Assembly: GCA_026393855.1 (NCBI GenBank)
Contig: JAPKZJ010000011.1
Span: 5,761 to 69,760, forward strand
Length of the DNA stretch: 64,000 bases
Direction: 5' to 3'
DNA from: Candidatus Aminicenantes bacterium
GTDB lineage: Bacteria > Acidobacteriota > Aminicenantia > Aminicenantales > UBA4085
Under the pieces are notes generated by a model that had not been told where the DNA came from, made no database searches, and saw only the letters and a list, made by a program, of their open reading frames with translations. Below are positions 1 to 9,796 of the stretch, in pieces; within the stretch, counting starts at the first letter, position 1, and each line of letters opens with the position of its first letter. Position numbers and translations under genes: made by a program.

Positions 1-1882
1 GGTCCAAGGCATAGTACTCCTCAAGGTTGAGCGGGCCCGTCATCTTGGCCGTCCGCGCCGGGACGACCTTGGCCAGCCGGACTTCGTCGGCCGTGGCCGC
101 GACGCCCTGCGGCTTGATTCCATCGGCGCGGCAGCGCGACTGATAAGCCTCGTCGAGGACTTTCGTGAAGGGCGCCCGGCAGGCCTCCAGCAGGTTGAGC
201 TGGCTTTTCAGAAGCGTCCCTAGCCGCGGATCGGATTTAATAAAGAAACGCGTCGATTCGAGCGTCTCCGCCTCGCGGACGAAGCCTTGGGCCAGGATGT
301 TCCGGGCGTCCTTATAAGCGGCGAAAACGTCGGCCGGCGGGGCGTCGGCGAGGCGGCGCTCGGCTCGGATCTTATCCAGGCCGAGGCGCGCCAGCGCCTT
401 GCCGCCGACCTCGACGATGATCTTCTCGGCTTCGGCCGGTCCGGCCCCGGCCAGCGTGACGGCCGCGGCCGTCGACAGGACGACGACCCGCTTGAGCTGG
501 GTCGAGTCGGACTTATCCGGCGTGTCGCCGCTGGAGTGGTACCACATGTCGGGCCAGCAGATGAACATGACCGCCGGGACGCGGACGCCGCCGTCGACGA
601 AAACGATGTGGTCGCTGCCGCCGGAATGTTTGTCCATGACGGCGGGGAACGGGTCGCGGGTGCCGGTGGGCGACCAGACGGGCCAGAGGGTCCCGGCGCC
701 GTCGTAGCGCTGGGTCTCGACCATCCAGTCGACATAGACGCGAATGACGTCGTTAAGCCAGGTGGGCAGCGACCACGGGGTCTGGACGACGCAGAAGAAG
801 CTGCGGTTGCGGGCCAGCGACTCGCCGACCATGTCCTCGTTGATGTTGGCGAAGAAGCGTTTGCCGATCTCAGGGAATTTCTTGAGGTAATCGATCGTCC
901 CCGAGATTTCGGGAACGAAGAGGAAGCGCACCGAGCGCCGCAGCGGGGGGATCTTGCCGTCGGCGACGAGCTTCTGCAGAACCCGGGCCGTTTCCAGCAG
1001 GGACACGCAGCCCGAGATATCGTCGTTGGCGCCCTGCTTGGCGTAGCCTTCATAGAGGTGGGCGGTGAAGACGAGCTCCTCGGCGGCTAAATCGGTGCCT
1101 TTGATCAGGGCCTCGACCATCTGTTCCCTATAGGGGACCATCTGGGCCTTGACCACGGCCCTAAGCTCGATCTTCGCCCCGCGCTCGAGCTGATCGCGGA
1201 AGTCGTTGCCCTGCCGGGTCGAGACCATGATGCCGAAGGTCGGCTTCAGCTTGTCGCCCGATCCGATGCCGCTCCACCCAACCTGGTCGGGATCGAATTC
1301 CGGGTGGCTCGAGGAATAGGCGACGAGGCCGGCCGCGCCGAATTTATCGACGGCCAAGGCCCGGGCTCCGCCGGCGTAGCCGTTGACCAGGACGATCTTG
1401 CCCTTGACGTCCTTCCCCTCATAGAATTTTTCCTTATTTCCAGGCCCGACGTAGACGAGCTCGGCCGTGACGTCGGCGTCCGCGCTCCCGGAGCAGAGGC
1501 TGGCCGGGACTTCGTCCAGGTCGGCGATCTTGAGCAAGCTCGGCTTGGTGACCCAGAGCTCGGCCGAAACCGCGTCCCACAGCTTGGCCTGGGCCGCGGG
1601 CAGGTCGATGATGCGGGCGTCCGGGACGCCGTATGCGCGGAGCTTCTCGATCAGGAACTTCGGCTCGAAGTAGCCGTTGGCGTATTCCTCGGCCCGGCGA
1701 TTGACGTTGACGCCGGCGATCAGGATCTCGTTCTGCAGGGCCATGTCCCCGGAGGATTCGTTGACGATTTCGGCCATGACCTGGCGGGATATTATCGTCG
1801 GCGGCTCGACGCGGCCGAATTGGGCGGGCAGAATGCCCGCGGCCAAAAGAACGATCGCCATCAGCGCCTTGAATTTATTCAC
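1..1882 (-). CDS. Secreted M28-family metallopeptidase with PA domain (partial; 3' end lies beyond window start)
   Basis: Missing from the ORF track because no stop lies inside the window. My own minus-strand translation is open from GTG 1882 (GGAGG at 1888-1892; alternative ATG 1861) down to base 1. It starts VNKFKALMAIVLLAAG (signal-like). It then has the blocks HLYEGYAKQGANDDISGCVSLLETARVL, NEDMVGE and GGSDHIVF, typical of M28 zinc aminopeptidases. Confidence 0.7.
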   Translation of the reverse strand, partial: MNKFKALMAIVLLAAGILPAQFGRVEPPTIISRQVMAEIVNESSGDMALQNEILIAGVNVNRRAEEYANGYFEPKFLIEKLRAYGVPDARIIDLPAAQAKLWDAVSAELWVTKPSLLKIADLDEVPASLCSGSADADVTAELVYVGPGNKEKFYEGKDVKGKIVLVNGYAGGARALAVDKFGAAGLVAYSSSHPEFDPDQVGWSGIGSGDKLKPTFGIMVSTRQGNDFRDQLERGAKIELRAVVKAQMVPYREQMVEALIKGTDLAAEELVFTAHLYEGYAKQGANDDISGCVSLLETARVLQKLVADGKIPPLRRSVRFLFVPEISGTIDYLKKFPEIGKRFFANINEDMVGESLARNRSFFCVVQTPWSLPTWLNDVIRVYVDWMVETQRYDGAGTLWPVWSPTGTRDPFPAVMDKHSGGSDHIVFVDGGVRVPAVMFICWPDMWYHSSGDTPDKSDSTQLKRVVVLSTAAAVTLAGAGPAEAEKIIVEVGGKALARLGLDKIRAERRLADAPPADVFAAYKDARNILAQGFVREAETLESTRFFIKSDPRLGTLLKSQLNLLEACRAPFTKVLDEAYQSRCRADGIKPQGVAATADEVRLAKVVPARTAKMTGPLNLEEYYALD

Positions 1883-2007
1883 CTCAGCCTCCTTGGATGG
1901 GCCGCCCGATATTCTCGCGGAGATAGAGCCCGCCGCTCGGGCCCGCCTATCATGACATACTGACCGGAACGGGAAAAGGTTGGCCTCGAATCCGCCGAGT
2001 TTTTAGA

Positions 2008-2036
2008 TTGAAAAAAATCCCGGCTTGGCATATGAG
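2008..2036 (+). promoter_or_regulatory. Candidate sigma70-type promoter of the GH38-like gene
   Basis: TTGAAA (2008-2013), 17-nt spacer, TATGAG (2031-2036), about 35 nt upstream of ATG 2072. GGGAG lies about 7 nt before the ATG. Confidence 0.3.
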
Positions 2037-2071
2037 ATTGAAGTCGCGATGCTGAATCAAGGGAGCCTCCA

Positions 2072-4687
2072 ATGATGAAACCCAAAATGACTCGGAGAGA
2101 TTTCCTGCGCACGAGTACGGCCGGAGGAGCCGGAGTGCTCGCCGCCTGGCCCGCGCTGGCCCGGCCGTTCCAAGCCGCGGCCCAGGCCTCGCCCGGCCTG
2201 TGCCTGACCATCTGCAATCACTGGAGCTACATCGGCATCGGCTGGCAGCTGGGCATCGAGTCGTGCGTCTTGTCCGCCACCGACGCCATGGAAATGGCCG
2301 ACCGGCCGCCGCACGTCAAAACCTGCATCAACCTCGATGCCCGCGCCTATGAGTTCATGGCCGAGAAGTTCCCCGAAGTGGCCGAGCGGCTGAAAGCCTA
2401 CCTGGCCTCGGGCAAGGTCGAGCTGATCGGGGGCACCTATGGTCAGCCGATGGGGACGACCATCGGCGGTGAATCGAACATCCGCCAGATCGTCATGGGC
2501 CGGGAGGTCATCCGTCGGACCCTCGGCTACGAGATGGCCACGTTCCTCGAAGAGGAGGAGTTCACCCACCCCCAGATCCCGCAGATCGTAGCGTTGGCTG
2601 GGTTTCCATATGCCAGTCTGGCCCAGCTCGACACGTGGGGCCGGGCCGGCTGTCCCCGGCAGGACGTCAACGTCCTGCGCTGGCGGGGGATCGATGGCAC
2701 GGATGTTCCGTGCGTCCCCAAGAACGCCCTTTTCGGATACGCGCCGGATCTCAAGAAGCTGGCCGCCTCGCCCGAGTTCCGCAAGCTCTCCGCCCTGGGC
2801 AAGCCGCTCATCTTCGCCTGGGAGGAGTTCGGCTGGGAGTCGCCCGAGACGCCGGCCTATCTCACCGCGCCCGAGCGCTACCGGGCCCTCGAACAAGTGG
2901 AATTCGTGACCATCAAGGATTACCTGGACAAATACAGTCGCAAGGCGTCCGACGCCGTCTACCTGCCCATGGACGCCTGGGACAAGTCGCTGACCTGGGG
3001 CCTGGGCGGCGACCAGATCCGCATCCTCGACCGCAAAGTGGAGCCCCTCCTTCTAGCGGCCGAGACGTTCGACGCGATCGCGGCGGCCCAGGGATATGCG
3101 TCGCGGGCGGAGGCTATGGAAAAGGCCTGGCGCGACCTGCTGGCTTCGCAAAGCCACGACGTCGGCCTCTGCGAATACTCGCGCTGGCAGGGCGACCGGA
3201 TGGCCCCCTTCGACCGCATCGAGGATCTGCACAACTTCACCTGGGGCGCTCTCGGTTACAACCACATCGATGCCGCCCGCCGGCAGGGCCAGGCCGTCCT
3301 CGACGCGGCGCTGGCGTTTCTGGGCGACCGGGTCGGGAGCCCGACGGGGGCGCCGAACGACGGCACCGCGCTCGTCTTCAACGCCCAGGCCCGGCCCCGC
3401 ACCGACCTCGTCTCGACGGGGCGGCTTTATCCTTTACCGGCCAAGACGAAAAGCATCGTGGTGAGCGATCGCTCGGGCCGGATCGTTCCCTCGCAGGTGG
3501 CCAAAGCGGACGAAGGGGCGGACGGCTTTCTCGACATGGCCGAAGTCGTCTTCCTGGCCCGGGACGTTCCGGCGGCCGGCTACGATTCCTATGCCGTCCG
3601 GTATTCCGGTGAAAAGACGGATCCCACGCCGGCCTCGCTCCGCTTCGACGAGGCGAACCTCGTCCTCGAAAACGAGTTCATCAAGGTGCGTCTCGATGCG
3701 AAGACCGGCGGCATCGCCGGGCTGGAGGGAAAGGCGGGCTGCGGCGAAACGCTCGATCCCGCGGCCGCCGCGTTCCCGCGGTTCACGGGCAAGCCGACTA
3801 AAAGCCTGTCGACCCGGCCGAACCCGCCGGAGCAATACGACAGCGCCGCTTCGAGCGGCCGGATCGATTGGCTGGCCCGAGGGCCCCTGTGGGCCACGGT
3901 TCGGGCCCAGCATTCCTGGCCTTATCTCAAGTTCGAGACTCGCATCACCCTGGCCGCCGGCCGCCCTTATGTCGAGGTCACGGTCCGCGTCCTGGCCCAG
4001 GTTCCGCCCCAGTCCGATGTCAATCCGCCGGATATCAAAGAAGGCTATTGGATGTCGTTGGCGCCGGGCTTTCCCGTGCAAAAAATTCTGCGCGATTTTC
4101 CGTTCGGGGCCGAGGAGACGGCTAAGCTCGCCTTCCACGCCCTGACCTGGGTCGATCTCGTCGGGCGCGATCGGAGCCTGCTCGTCCTACACGCCGGCAC
4201 GCAGTATTTCCGGAAGGAGCAGGGCGGTCGGATCTCGAACCTGGCCATGCGCGAGTGGGAGTCGCATTTCACCGGCGAGTTCGGCTGGCCGGCCTACGCC
4301 GAGTACCGCTACGGCCTTTGGCCGCACGGCGGGCCCATGAGCAACGCCGAGCGGGGACGCGCCGCGGCCGCCTTGGCCCGGCCCCTGGATTGCGTTGTGC
4401 GGAAGCCGGGAGCCGGCGGAGAGCCGGCCTCGCGGAGCTTTCTGGGTGTGGAAGGCGAGGGCCTCGAAGTCACCGCATTCCGCCGGATACCCGCGGGCGG
4501 CTACGAGCTTCGTGCCGTCGAGACCGAAGGCCGCGCTTCGTCCGCACGCGTGGGACTCCGTCTGCCCTTGAAGAATGCCGCCGCGATCGACCTGCTCGGA
4601 AATCGAATCGGCGCTGCGTCCATCAAGGACGGCCGCCTGGCGATCGCCGCCGCGCCTTGGAAGATTCTTACTTACCGGCTGGACTAG
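2072..4687 (+). CDS. Tat-exported GH38-like (alpha-mannosidase superfamily) protein, divergent active-site motifs
   Basis: 871-aa ORF. It has the twin-arginine motif TRRDFLRTS. The block ASGKVELIGGTYGQP..GGESNIRQIV..LGYEMATFLEEEEFTHPQIPQI resembles the GH38 N-domain block (..VGGMWVEPD..SGESL.RQ..WLPDTFGY.AQLPQI). Confidence 0.55.
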   Translation: MMKPKMTRRDFLRTSTAGGAGVLAAWPALARPFQAAAQASPGLCLTICNHWSYIGIGWQLGIESCVLSATDAMEMADRPPHVKTCINLDARAYEFMAEKFPEVAERLKAYLASGKVELIGGTYGQPMGTTIGGESNIRQIVMGREVIRRTLGYEMATFLEEEEFTHPQIPQIVALAGFPYASLAQLDTWGRAGCPRQDVNVLRWRGIDGTDVPCVPKNALFGYAPDLKKLAASPEFRKLSALGKPLIFAWEEFGWESPETPAYLTAPERYRALEQVEFVTIKDYLDKYSRKASDAVYLPMDAWDKSLTWGLGGDQIRILDRKVEPLLLAAETFDAIAAAQGYASRAEAMEKAWRDLLASQSHDVGLCEYSRWQGDRMAPFDRIEDLHNFTWGALGYNHIDAARRQGQAVLDAALAFLGDRVGSPTGAPNDGTALVFNAQARPRTDLVSTGRLYPLPAKTKSIVVSDRSGRIVPSQVAKADEGADGFLDMAEVVFLARDVPAAGYDSYAVRYSGEKTDPTPASLRFDEANLVLENEFIKVRLDAKTGGIAGLEGKAGCGETLDPAAAAFPRFTGKPTKSLSTRPNPPEQYDSAASSGRIDWLARGPLWATVRAQHSWPYLKFETRITLAAGRPYVEVTVRVLAQVPPQSDVNPPDIKEGYWMSLAPGFPVQKILRDFPFGAEETAKLAFHALTWVDLVGRDRSLLVLHAGTQYFRKEQGGRISNLAMREWESHFTGEFGWPAYAEYRYGLWPHGGPMSNAERGRAAAALARPLDCVVRKPGAGGEPASRSFLGVEGEGLEVTAFRRIPAGGYELRAVETEGRASSARVGLRLPLKNAAAIDLLGNRIGAASIKDGRLAIAAAPWKILTYRLD

Positions 4688-6650
4688 GCGGTTTGGCCGC
4701 CAGGTCGTCCGCGACGCACAGCAGGGCCAGGAAGCCGTCGCAGAGCAGGCCCTCGTAGCCGTGGCAGCCGCCCTTCCAGTCGCGCCAGTCCTTGGACCTT
4801 CCGTCGTCGCAGAAGCCCTGGTAATCGCCGGCCGCATAGGATTGCAGCATGGGATGGAAGATCATCCGGGCGTCGGCCGCCCGGCCGAGCTTGTAGAGCG
4901 CCTTGACGGTGAAATAGGCGTAGCAGGCCGTAACCCCGCCGTTCTCATAGATCTGGAAGGCGTCGCTGCCGTCTTCGAGCGACGGTTCGCCGACTTCCCG
5001 GGCGCCGGCCCAATTATGGTTGACGTAGTCTCCCTTCGGGATGGGAACGAGATTGCCCGGCAGGCCATAGCGAAATCCGGAGAAACCCACTTCCCGCATC
5101 TTCAGGAGCAGCCTGTCCATGAGGCTGTTCGCAGCCGGCCCCTCGACCAGCCCGAAGGCGACGGCGATGCCGTTGACGAAGGTGAACGCGTAGTCGTGGA
5201 GCTTTCCGTCGGCGCTCTTCCATCCCGCCAGCAGTCCGCTCGCGGGATTGTAGAAGGCTTTCTGGTAGGCCGCCTTCAGCTTGGCCGCCTTGGCCGCGTA
5301 GGCGTCGGCGTCGGTCGGACGGCCGAGCGAGCGGGCCAGCCCGGCGAAATCCAGGCAAGCCTTGTAGGCCAGGGCGTTGGCATAGGCGTCTTCGTGGCCG
5401 AAATTGATGGTATCCCACCAGTTGGAGGGGCGTTTGTCGGCGGTGGCCCGGTCGCCGAAGTTTCCGGTGTGGGGGTGCTCGATGAGCCCGTTCCCGTTTT
5501 TGTCGGAGCCCATCATGGCCGAGGCCCAGGCCGCCAGCCCCTCGTAATGAGCTCGCCCCCAGGCCAAATCATGCGAACCCGAGACGTAGGCGCAGGCCGC
5601 TAGGAGCAGCGAGGGGTAAGTATCGAGCGAGTTCCAAGGCGCTTTCCAGGCCACAAGATCCGCGTCGCCCGGCTCGACGGCGTATCCGACCAGGCCGTAG
5701 CCCTTGGCTCCGGCGAGATAGCGGTCGAGGGTCATGCGGACCAAGTCCAGGCAAGTCAGGCCTTCGACCAGCTCGGGGGCCGTCTCCGCCATCAGAGCGT
5801 CCATGTAGAGGGTAAACGGAACCGGGTCGCTCGAGGCGTTGTTGGCCAGCATCTGGACGCGCGGGTTGACCTGGAAGAGGTTGAGGAAGGATCGGCGATA
5901 GCCGTCATAGCGGGGATCGGCGCCGAGGCCGCGGAGGGCCGGGTAGATCGCCGCGACTTCGAGCTCGTACTCGAGGCGCGGCGCCGCGGCCGTGGCGGCG
6001 GGAAAGGCCACGCGCACGAACGGCGTCTTGACGTAGCGGCGGGCGTCGTAATCCAAGGCCAGGCCGGGGACACTCGCTTTGATCTTCAGCGAGCCCATGT
6101 CCGGCAGGTGCAGGACGCAGGGCAAAGCCATGCGCCTCTCCCCCGGCTTCATCAGCCCGAGCAGGGTGGCGTGGTTGGACTTCTGGTTGAGAGTCAGGAC
6201 GAAGGGCCGGGGATCGAGTCCCGGGACGTAAGTCGAGCGGAGAACAAGCTTCTTGCCGGTGACGCTGACCGTCCAGGCCGGCCTGGCTCCCTTTTCGGCC
6301 GGCGCATAGACGAACACGCCCTCGCCTTCCCCTTTGAGCCGCAGCGGCGAATCCGCCGGCGCCTCGTCGAGGACGGGATTCCAGGCTAGCTTGCCGCCGC
6401 CGAGCGAATCCACCGAGAAGTAGGAGAACGCGGGCGAGGCGGGGGAGAACCCCACGGCCAGGAAGAGAGATCTATAATCCGGCTTGGCGGGAGCCGCGGC
6501 CGGTTGCGCCTGGGCGCTCCAGCCGGCCGAAACGGCTGGGATGAGGGCGAGCCCCAACCCGCCGATGATCAAAACCATCCAACCGATCCGCGGAACCCGG
6601 ATCCTTCCGGCGCATCGTCCGTCGAAGGGGCGGTTGTTATGCGTATTCAT
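4668..6650 (-). CDS. Membrane-anchored or secreted six-hairpin (alpha/alpha)6 glycosidase-like protein
   Basis: Long ORF. AGGAGG lies 6 nt upstream of ATG 6650 (the ORF track starts 3 nt earlier at GTG). The N-terminus has a hydrophobic anchor. The C-terminal block NWWDTINFGHEDAYANALAYKACLDFAGLARSLG resembles GDE_C / rhamnosidase-type six-hairpin domains. Confidence 0.5.
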   Translation of the reverse strand: MNTHNNRPFDGRCAGRIRVPRIGWMVLIIGGLGLALIPAVSAGWSAQAQPAAAPAKPDYRSLFLAVGFSPASPAFSYFSVDSLGGGKLAWNPVLDEAPADSPLRLKGEGEGVFVYAPAEKGARPAWTVSVTGKKLVLRSTYVPGLDPRPFVLTLNQKSNHATLLGLMKPGERRMALPCVLHLPDMGSLKIKASVPGLALDYDARRYVKTPFVRVAFPAATAAAPRLEYELEVAAIYPALRGLGADPRYDGYRRSFLNLFQVNPRVQMLANNASSDPVPFTLYMDALMAETAPELVEGLTCLDLVRMTLDRYLAGAKGYGLVGYAVEPGDADLVAWKAPWNSLDTYPSLLLAACAYVSGSHDLAWGRAHYEGLAAWASAMMGSDKNGNGLIEHPHTGNFGDRATADKRPSNWWDTINFGHEDAYANALAYKACLDFAGLARSLGRPTDADAYAAKAAKLKAAYQKAFYNPASGLLAGWKSADGKLHDYAFTFVNGIAVAFGLVEGPAANSLMDRLLLKMREVGFSGFRYGLPGNLVPIPKGDYVNHNWAGAREVGEPSLEDGSDAFQIYENGGVTACYAYFTVKALYKLGRAADARMIFHPMLQSYAAGDYQGFCDDGRSKDWRDWKGGCHGYEGLLCDGFLALLCVADDLAAKPPSPAGK

Positions 6651-6729
6651 CACAGGCCTCCTGGAATCAATTTGGTCGGCTCGGCGTCGCTCCGGCCGAC
6701 GGGGTGCTCTCGACGGGGGAACGCTCTTT

Positions 6730-6757
6730 AGTTTATTCGGCTTCGCCCCCGGGTCAA
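6730..6757 (-). promoter_or_regulatory. Candidate promoter of the six-hairpin glycosidase-like gene
   Basis: On the minus strand: TTGACC (6757-6752), 16-nt spacer, TAAACT (6735-6730). Confidence 0.3.
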
Positions 6758-6788
6758 GGGGTCCGCGGCATCCGCCTGCTCCTTATAC

Positions 6789-6817
6789 TTGCAATCGGCA
6801 CCGCCGCGTTTTAGGAT
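6789..6817 (+). promoter_or_regulatory. Candidate sigma70-type promoter giving a (near-)leaderless mRNA for the Gfo/Idh/MocA gene
   Basis: TTGCAA (6789-6794), 17-nt spacer, TAGGAT (6812-6817). ATG 6827 follows only 9 nt later, with no Shine-Dalgarno sequence. Confidence 0.4.
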
Positions 6818-6826
6818 GAATCCGCC

Positions 6827-8035
6827 ATGAACAAGACCCATAATGTCACCCTCTTGGGCGCCGGCTTGATCGGCACGTTCTACACTATGACCCTGCACGG
6901 CGGCCGCGGCCGCGACCGGGTCGGGACCGTCTGCGCACAGACCGAGGAGGAGGCCCTTGCCTTCGCCCGCAAGTGGGACATCCCCCGCTCGACATCGAAC
7001 ATGAAGACGGCGGTCGAGGACCCGACCACCGACGCCGTGATCGTCGGCGTCCCCAACAATCTGCACAAGGAGGCCGTTCTGTTGGCGGCCCGGGCGGGCA
7101 AGCCCGTCTTCTGCACCAAGCCGCTGGGCCGCACCGCGGCCGAAGCCCTGGAGATGCTCGAGGCCGTCGAGAAGGCCGGTATTTTCGCCGGATACCTCGA
7201 GGACCTCGTTTATGCCCCCAAGACGCTCAAGGCCTTGGACGCCGTCCGGGCCGGCGCGCTCGGACGCATTCTGTGGGTCCGCTCGCGCGAGACCCACCCC
7301 GGCCCGCACAGCGCCTGGTTCTGGGACAAGGCCATCGCCGGCGGTGGGGCCCTGGTCGACATGGGCTGTCACTGCATCGAGATCATCCGCAGCTTTGCCG
7401 GCAAGGGCCTGCGCCCGGTTGAGGTGCTGGCCACGGCGGACACGCTCGTCCATCCGATCGACGCCGAAGACTCCAGCCTGGCGCTCATCCGCTTCGAAGG
7501 CGGCGCCTTGGGCCAAGTCGAGGTCAATTGGACCTTTCGCGGCGGGATGGACCTGCGCGACGAGGTGGCGGGGACGGAAGGGACGATCCGGCTGGATCAC
7601 TTTCTGCGGACCGGGTTCGAGATGTTCACCGCGGTCGGGCAGGGGGGCTATGTGGCCGAAAAGGCCGAGGGGGACAAAGGCTGGCTCTTTCCGGTCGGGG
7701 ACGAGGTCCACGCCCTTGGCTACGTCCATATGTTTCGGGACATGTTCGACGCCCTGGACGAGGGGCGGGCGCCGCGCGAGACGTTCCTGGACGGCTATGT
7801 CGTCAACGCCATCATCGATGCCTGCTATGCCTCGGCCAAATCCAAATGCTGGCAACCGGTCCGGCTGGAACGGTGGGCGGCGGATGCCGTCGGAGCAGGC
7901 GCCGGCGCGATCGGGACGAAGGCGAGCGCTTCCGGCGGACTCGTGCTGATCAAAACCGAGAAGATGCCGGACGGCCAGACCAAGCGGATCTTCAAAGACC
8001 CGGCCACGGGGGCCTTGAGCCAGACCCTTACTTGA
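6827..8035 (+). CDS. Gfo/Idh/MocA-family NAD(P)-dependent oxidoreductase
   Basis: 402 aa. N-terminal Rossmann motif [13 protein letters not shown]. The CTKPL (EKP-like) motif and the overall pattern are typical of the family. Confidence 0.8.
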   Translation: MNKTHNVTLLGAGLIGTFYTMTLHGGRGRDRVGTVCAQTEEEALAFARKWDIPRSTSNMKTAVEDPTTDAVIVGVPNNLHKEAVLLAARAGKPVFCTKPLGRTAAEALEMLEAVEKAGIFAGYLEDLVYAPKTLKALDAVRAGALGRILWVRSRETHPGPHSAWFWDKAIAGGGALVDMGCHCIEIIRSFAGKGLRPVEVLATADTLVHPIDAEDSSLALIRFEGGALGQVEVNWTFRGGMDLRDEVAGTEGTIRLDHFLRTGFEMFTAVGQGGYVAEKAEGDKGWLFPVGDEVHALGYVHMFRDMFDALDEGRAPRETFLDGYVVNAIIDACYASAKSKCWQPVRLERWAADAVGAGAGAIGTKASASGGLVLIKTEKMPDGQTKRIFKDPATGALSQTLT

Positions 8036-8435
8036 TCGTCTTCAATCCTTCGATCGTCATTCCGTCGCCGTTCAGGACGCACTTGAAGATGACGCCCTTG
8101 TCGTTGCGGACGAACTCGAGCTGGAAAGAGTTGCCGTTGCTCGAGACCGTGACCCCGAAGTTGAGGGGCTTGTCCTTGACCGGCACCAGAAGCTCCTGGG
8201 ATTCGCCGGCCGGCGCGCCATAGAGAGCGCCGTCCTTGATGGCGAACGTGATGACCTGGGTCTGTCCGCCCAAGTCGAAAGTGTATTCGCCGGCGATCTC
8301 GGCGTAGAGCTTCAGCGTATCCTCGGGCTTGGCCGGGACAGCTTGGGCGGGCTGGGAAGCGACCTGGGCGGTAAGAGCGGTCGAAAGGGCCAAAACAGCG
8401 AGTAGGGCGAAAATCCATCGGGCTTGCTTGATCAT
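8028..8435 (-). CDS. Small secreted hypothetical protein
   Basis: ORF 8028..8447. The internal GGAGGA (within codons 2-3) sits upstream of the second ATG at 8435, which gives [24 protein letters not shown] (a Sec signal). I recognise no family. Confidence 0.55.
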   Translation of the reverse strand: MIKQARWIFALLAVLALSTALTAQVASQPAQAVPAKPEDTLKLYAEIAGEYTFDLGGQTQVITFAIKDGALYGAPAGESQELLVPVKDKPLNFGVTVSSNGNSFQLEFVRNDKGVIFKCVLNGDGMTIEGLKTIK

Positions 8436-8597
8436 CGTATCCTCCATGAGACAAATAGGTCTCGCCTGTAATATACGGAAGCCCCGAGGCGGAAGTTCCC
8501 GGGCGGTGTCCGGATTTGTCTTTCCCCCCGATTTCTGTTATTTTTTGGCTTTATTTCCCATGAGCCGACATCGTTCTCCCGCCGCCGGAGGATCCGC

Positions 8598-9752
8598 ATG
8601 AAGAAAGCCCTGCCCCTTGCCCTTATCGCCCTCTCCCTCCTGGCCGCCGCCGGCGGATGCCGCAAGACCGAGGCGCCGGCCCCAGCACCCGCCGCCGAGA
8701 AAGGACAACCCACCATGAGCGTCACCAAAGCCCCCTTCGGACTCCTGCCCGACGGCACGGCCGTCGATATTTTCACTCTGGTCAATAGGCATGGCCTCAA
8801 GGCCCGGATCATGACCTACGGTGCCATCCTCGTTTCGCTCGACCTGCCCGATCGGACCGGCGCTCTCGCCGACTGCGTCCTGGGATATGCATCCCTCGAT
8901 GGTTACCTCAAAACCACTCCCTATTTCGGGGCCATCGTCGGCCGCACCGGCAACCGGATCGCCAAAGCCCGCTTCACCCTGGACGGCAAAACCTACACTC
9001 TGGCCGCCAACAACGGCGAAAACAGCCTGCACGGCGGATTGAAAGGCTTCGACAAGGTTGTCTGGACGGCAGAGCCGTTCGAAGAAGCCAACGGGGTCGG
9101 CGTCAAGCTTGGCTATTTGAGCCAGGACGGCGAAGAAGGTTATCCCGGCAATCTCAAGGTCAGCGTCGCCTATCTCTTGACCAACGACGACGAGCTGCGG
9201 ATCGACTACGAAGCCGTGACGGACAAGGCGACGCCGGTCAACCTCACTTCCCACAGCTACTTCAATTTTACGGGCGGCAAACGCGACGTCCTGGCGCATG
9301 AGCTCCTGCTGGCCGCGGACCGTTACACACCTGTCGATGCCGGCCTCATTCCGACCGGCAAGCTCGACCTGGTCGCGGGAACGCCGATGGCCTTCAGCAA
9401 GCCCACCGCGATCGGCGCCCGCATCGCCCAGGTTGCCGGCGGCTACGATCACAACTATGTCCTGAATTCCGGGGGCGGGGCGATGGCTTTGGCCGCCCGG
9501 GTGTTCGAGCCCGGAAGCGGGCGGGTCATGGAGATCCTGACCGACCAGCCGGGCATCCAGTTCTACTCCGGCAACTTCCTCGACGGGACGATCGCCGGCA
9601 AGGGCGGGCAGGTTTATGGCCAGCATTGGGGTTTCTGCCTGGAGACCCAGCACTTCCCGGACTCGCCCAACCACCCGGCCTTCCCTTCGACCATCCTGCG
9701 ACCCGGCGAGATCTACCGCACCCGAACGATCCACAAGTTCTCGACCCGCTGA
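8598..9752 (+). CDS. galM: Aldose 1-epimerase (galactose mutarotase), lipoprotein-type signal
   Basis: 384 aa. GGAGGA RBS. Signal LLAAAGGC. Family blocks NSLHGG, TSHSYFN and GFCLETQHFPDSPN. Confidence 0.85.
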   Translation: MKKALPLALIALSLLAAAGGCRKTEAPAPAPAAEKGQPTMSVTKAPFGLLPDGTAVDIFTLVNRHGLKARIMTYGAILVSLDLPDRTGALADCVLGYASLDGYLKTTPYFGAIVGRTGNRIAKARFTLDGKTYTLAANNGENSLHGGLKGFDKVVWTAEPFEEANGVGVKLGYLSQDGEEGYPGNLKVSVAYLLTNDDELRIDYEAVTDKATPVNLTSHSYFNFTGGKRDVLAHELLLAADRYTPVDAGLIPTGKLDLVAGTPMAFSKPTAIGARIAQVAGGYDHNYVLNSGGGAMALAARVFEPGSGRVMEILTDQPGIQFYSGNFLDGTIAGKGGQVYGQHWGFCLETQHFPDSPNHPAFPSTILRPGEIYRTRTIHKFSTR

Positions 9753-9796
9753 TGCGGCGCCGAGATTGAACTGATTATCTAAAAAGAGGAGACCCG

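Noticed and set aside
220-1090. ORF-track entries 220..1053(-), 287..1090(+) and 399..707(+) as genes
   Set aside because: Their products are Arg/Pro/Ser/Ala-rich low-complexity strings typical of off-frame translation in GC-rich DNA. A different minus-strand frame, not listed because it has no stop in the window, reads through the whole region and encodes clear M28 peptidase motifs.
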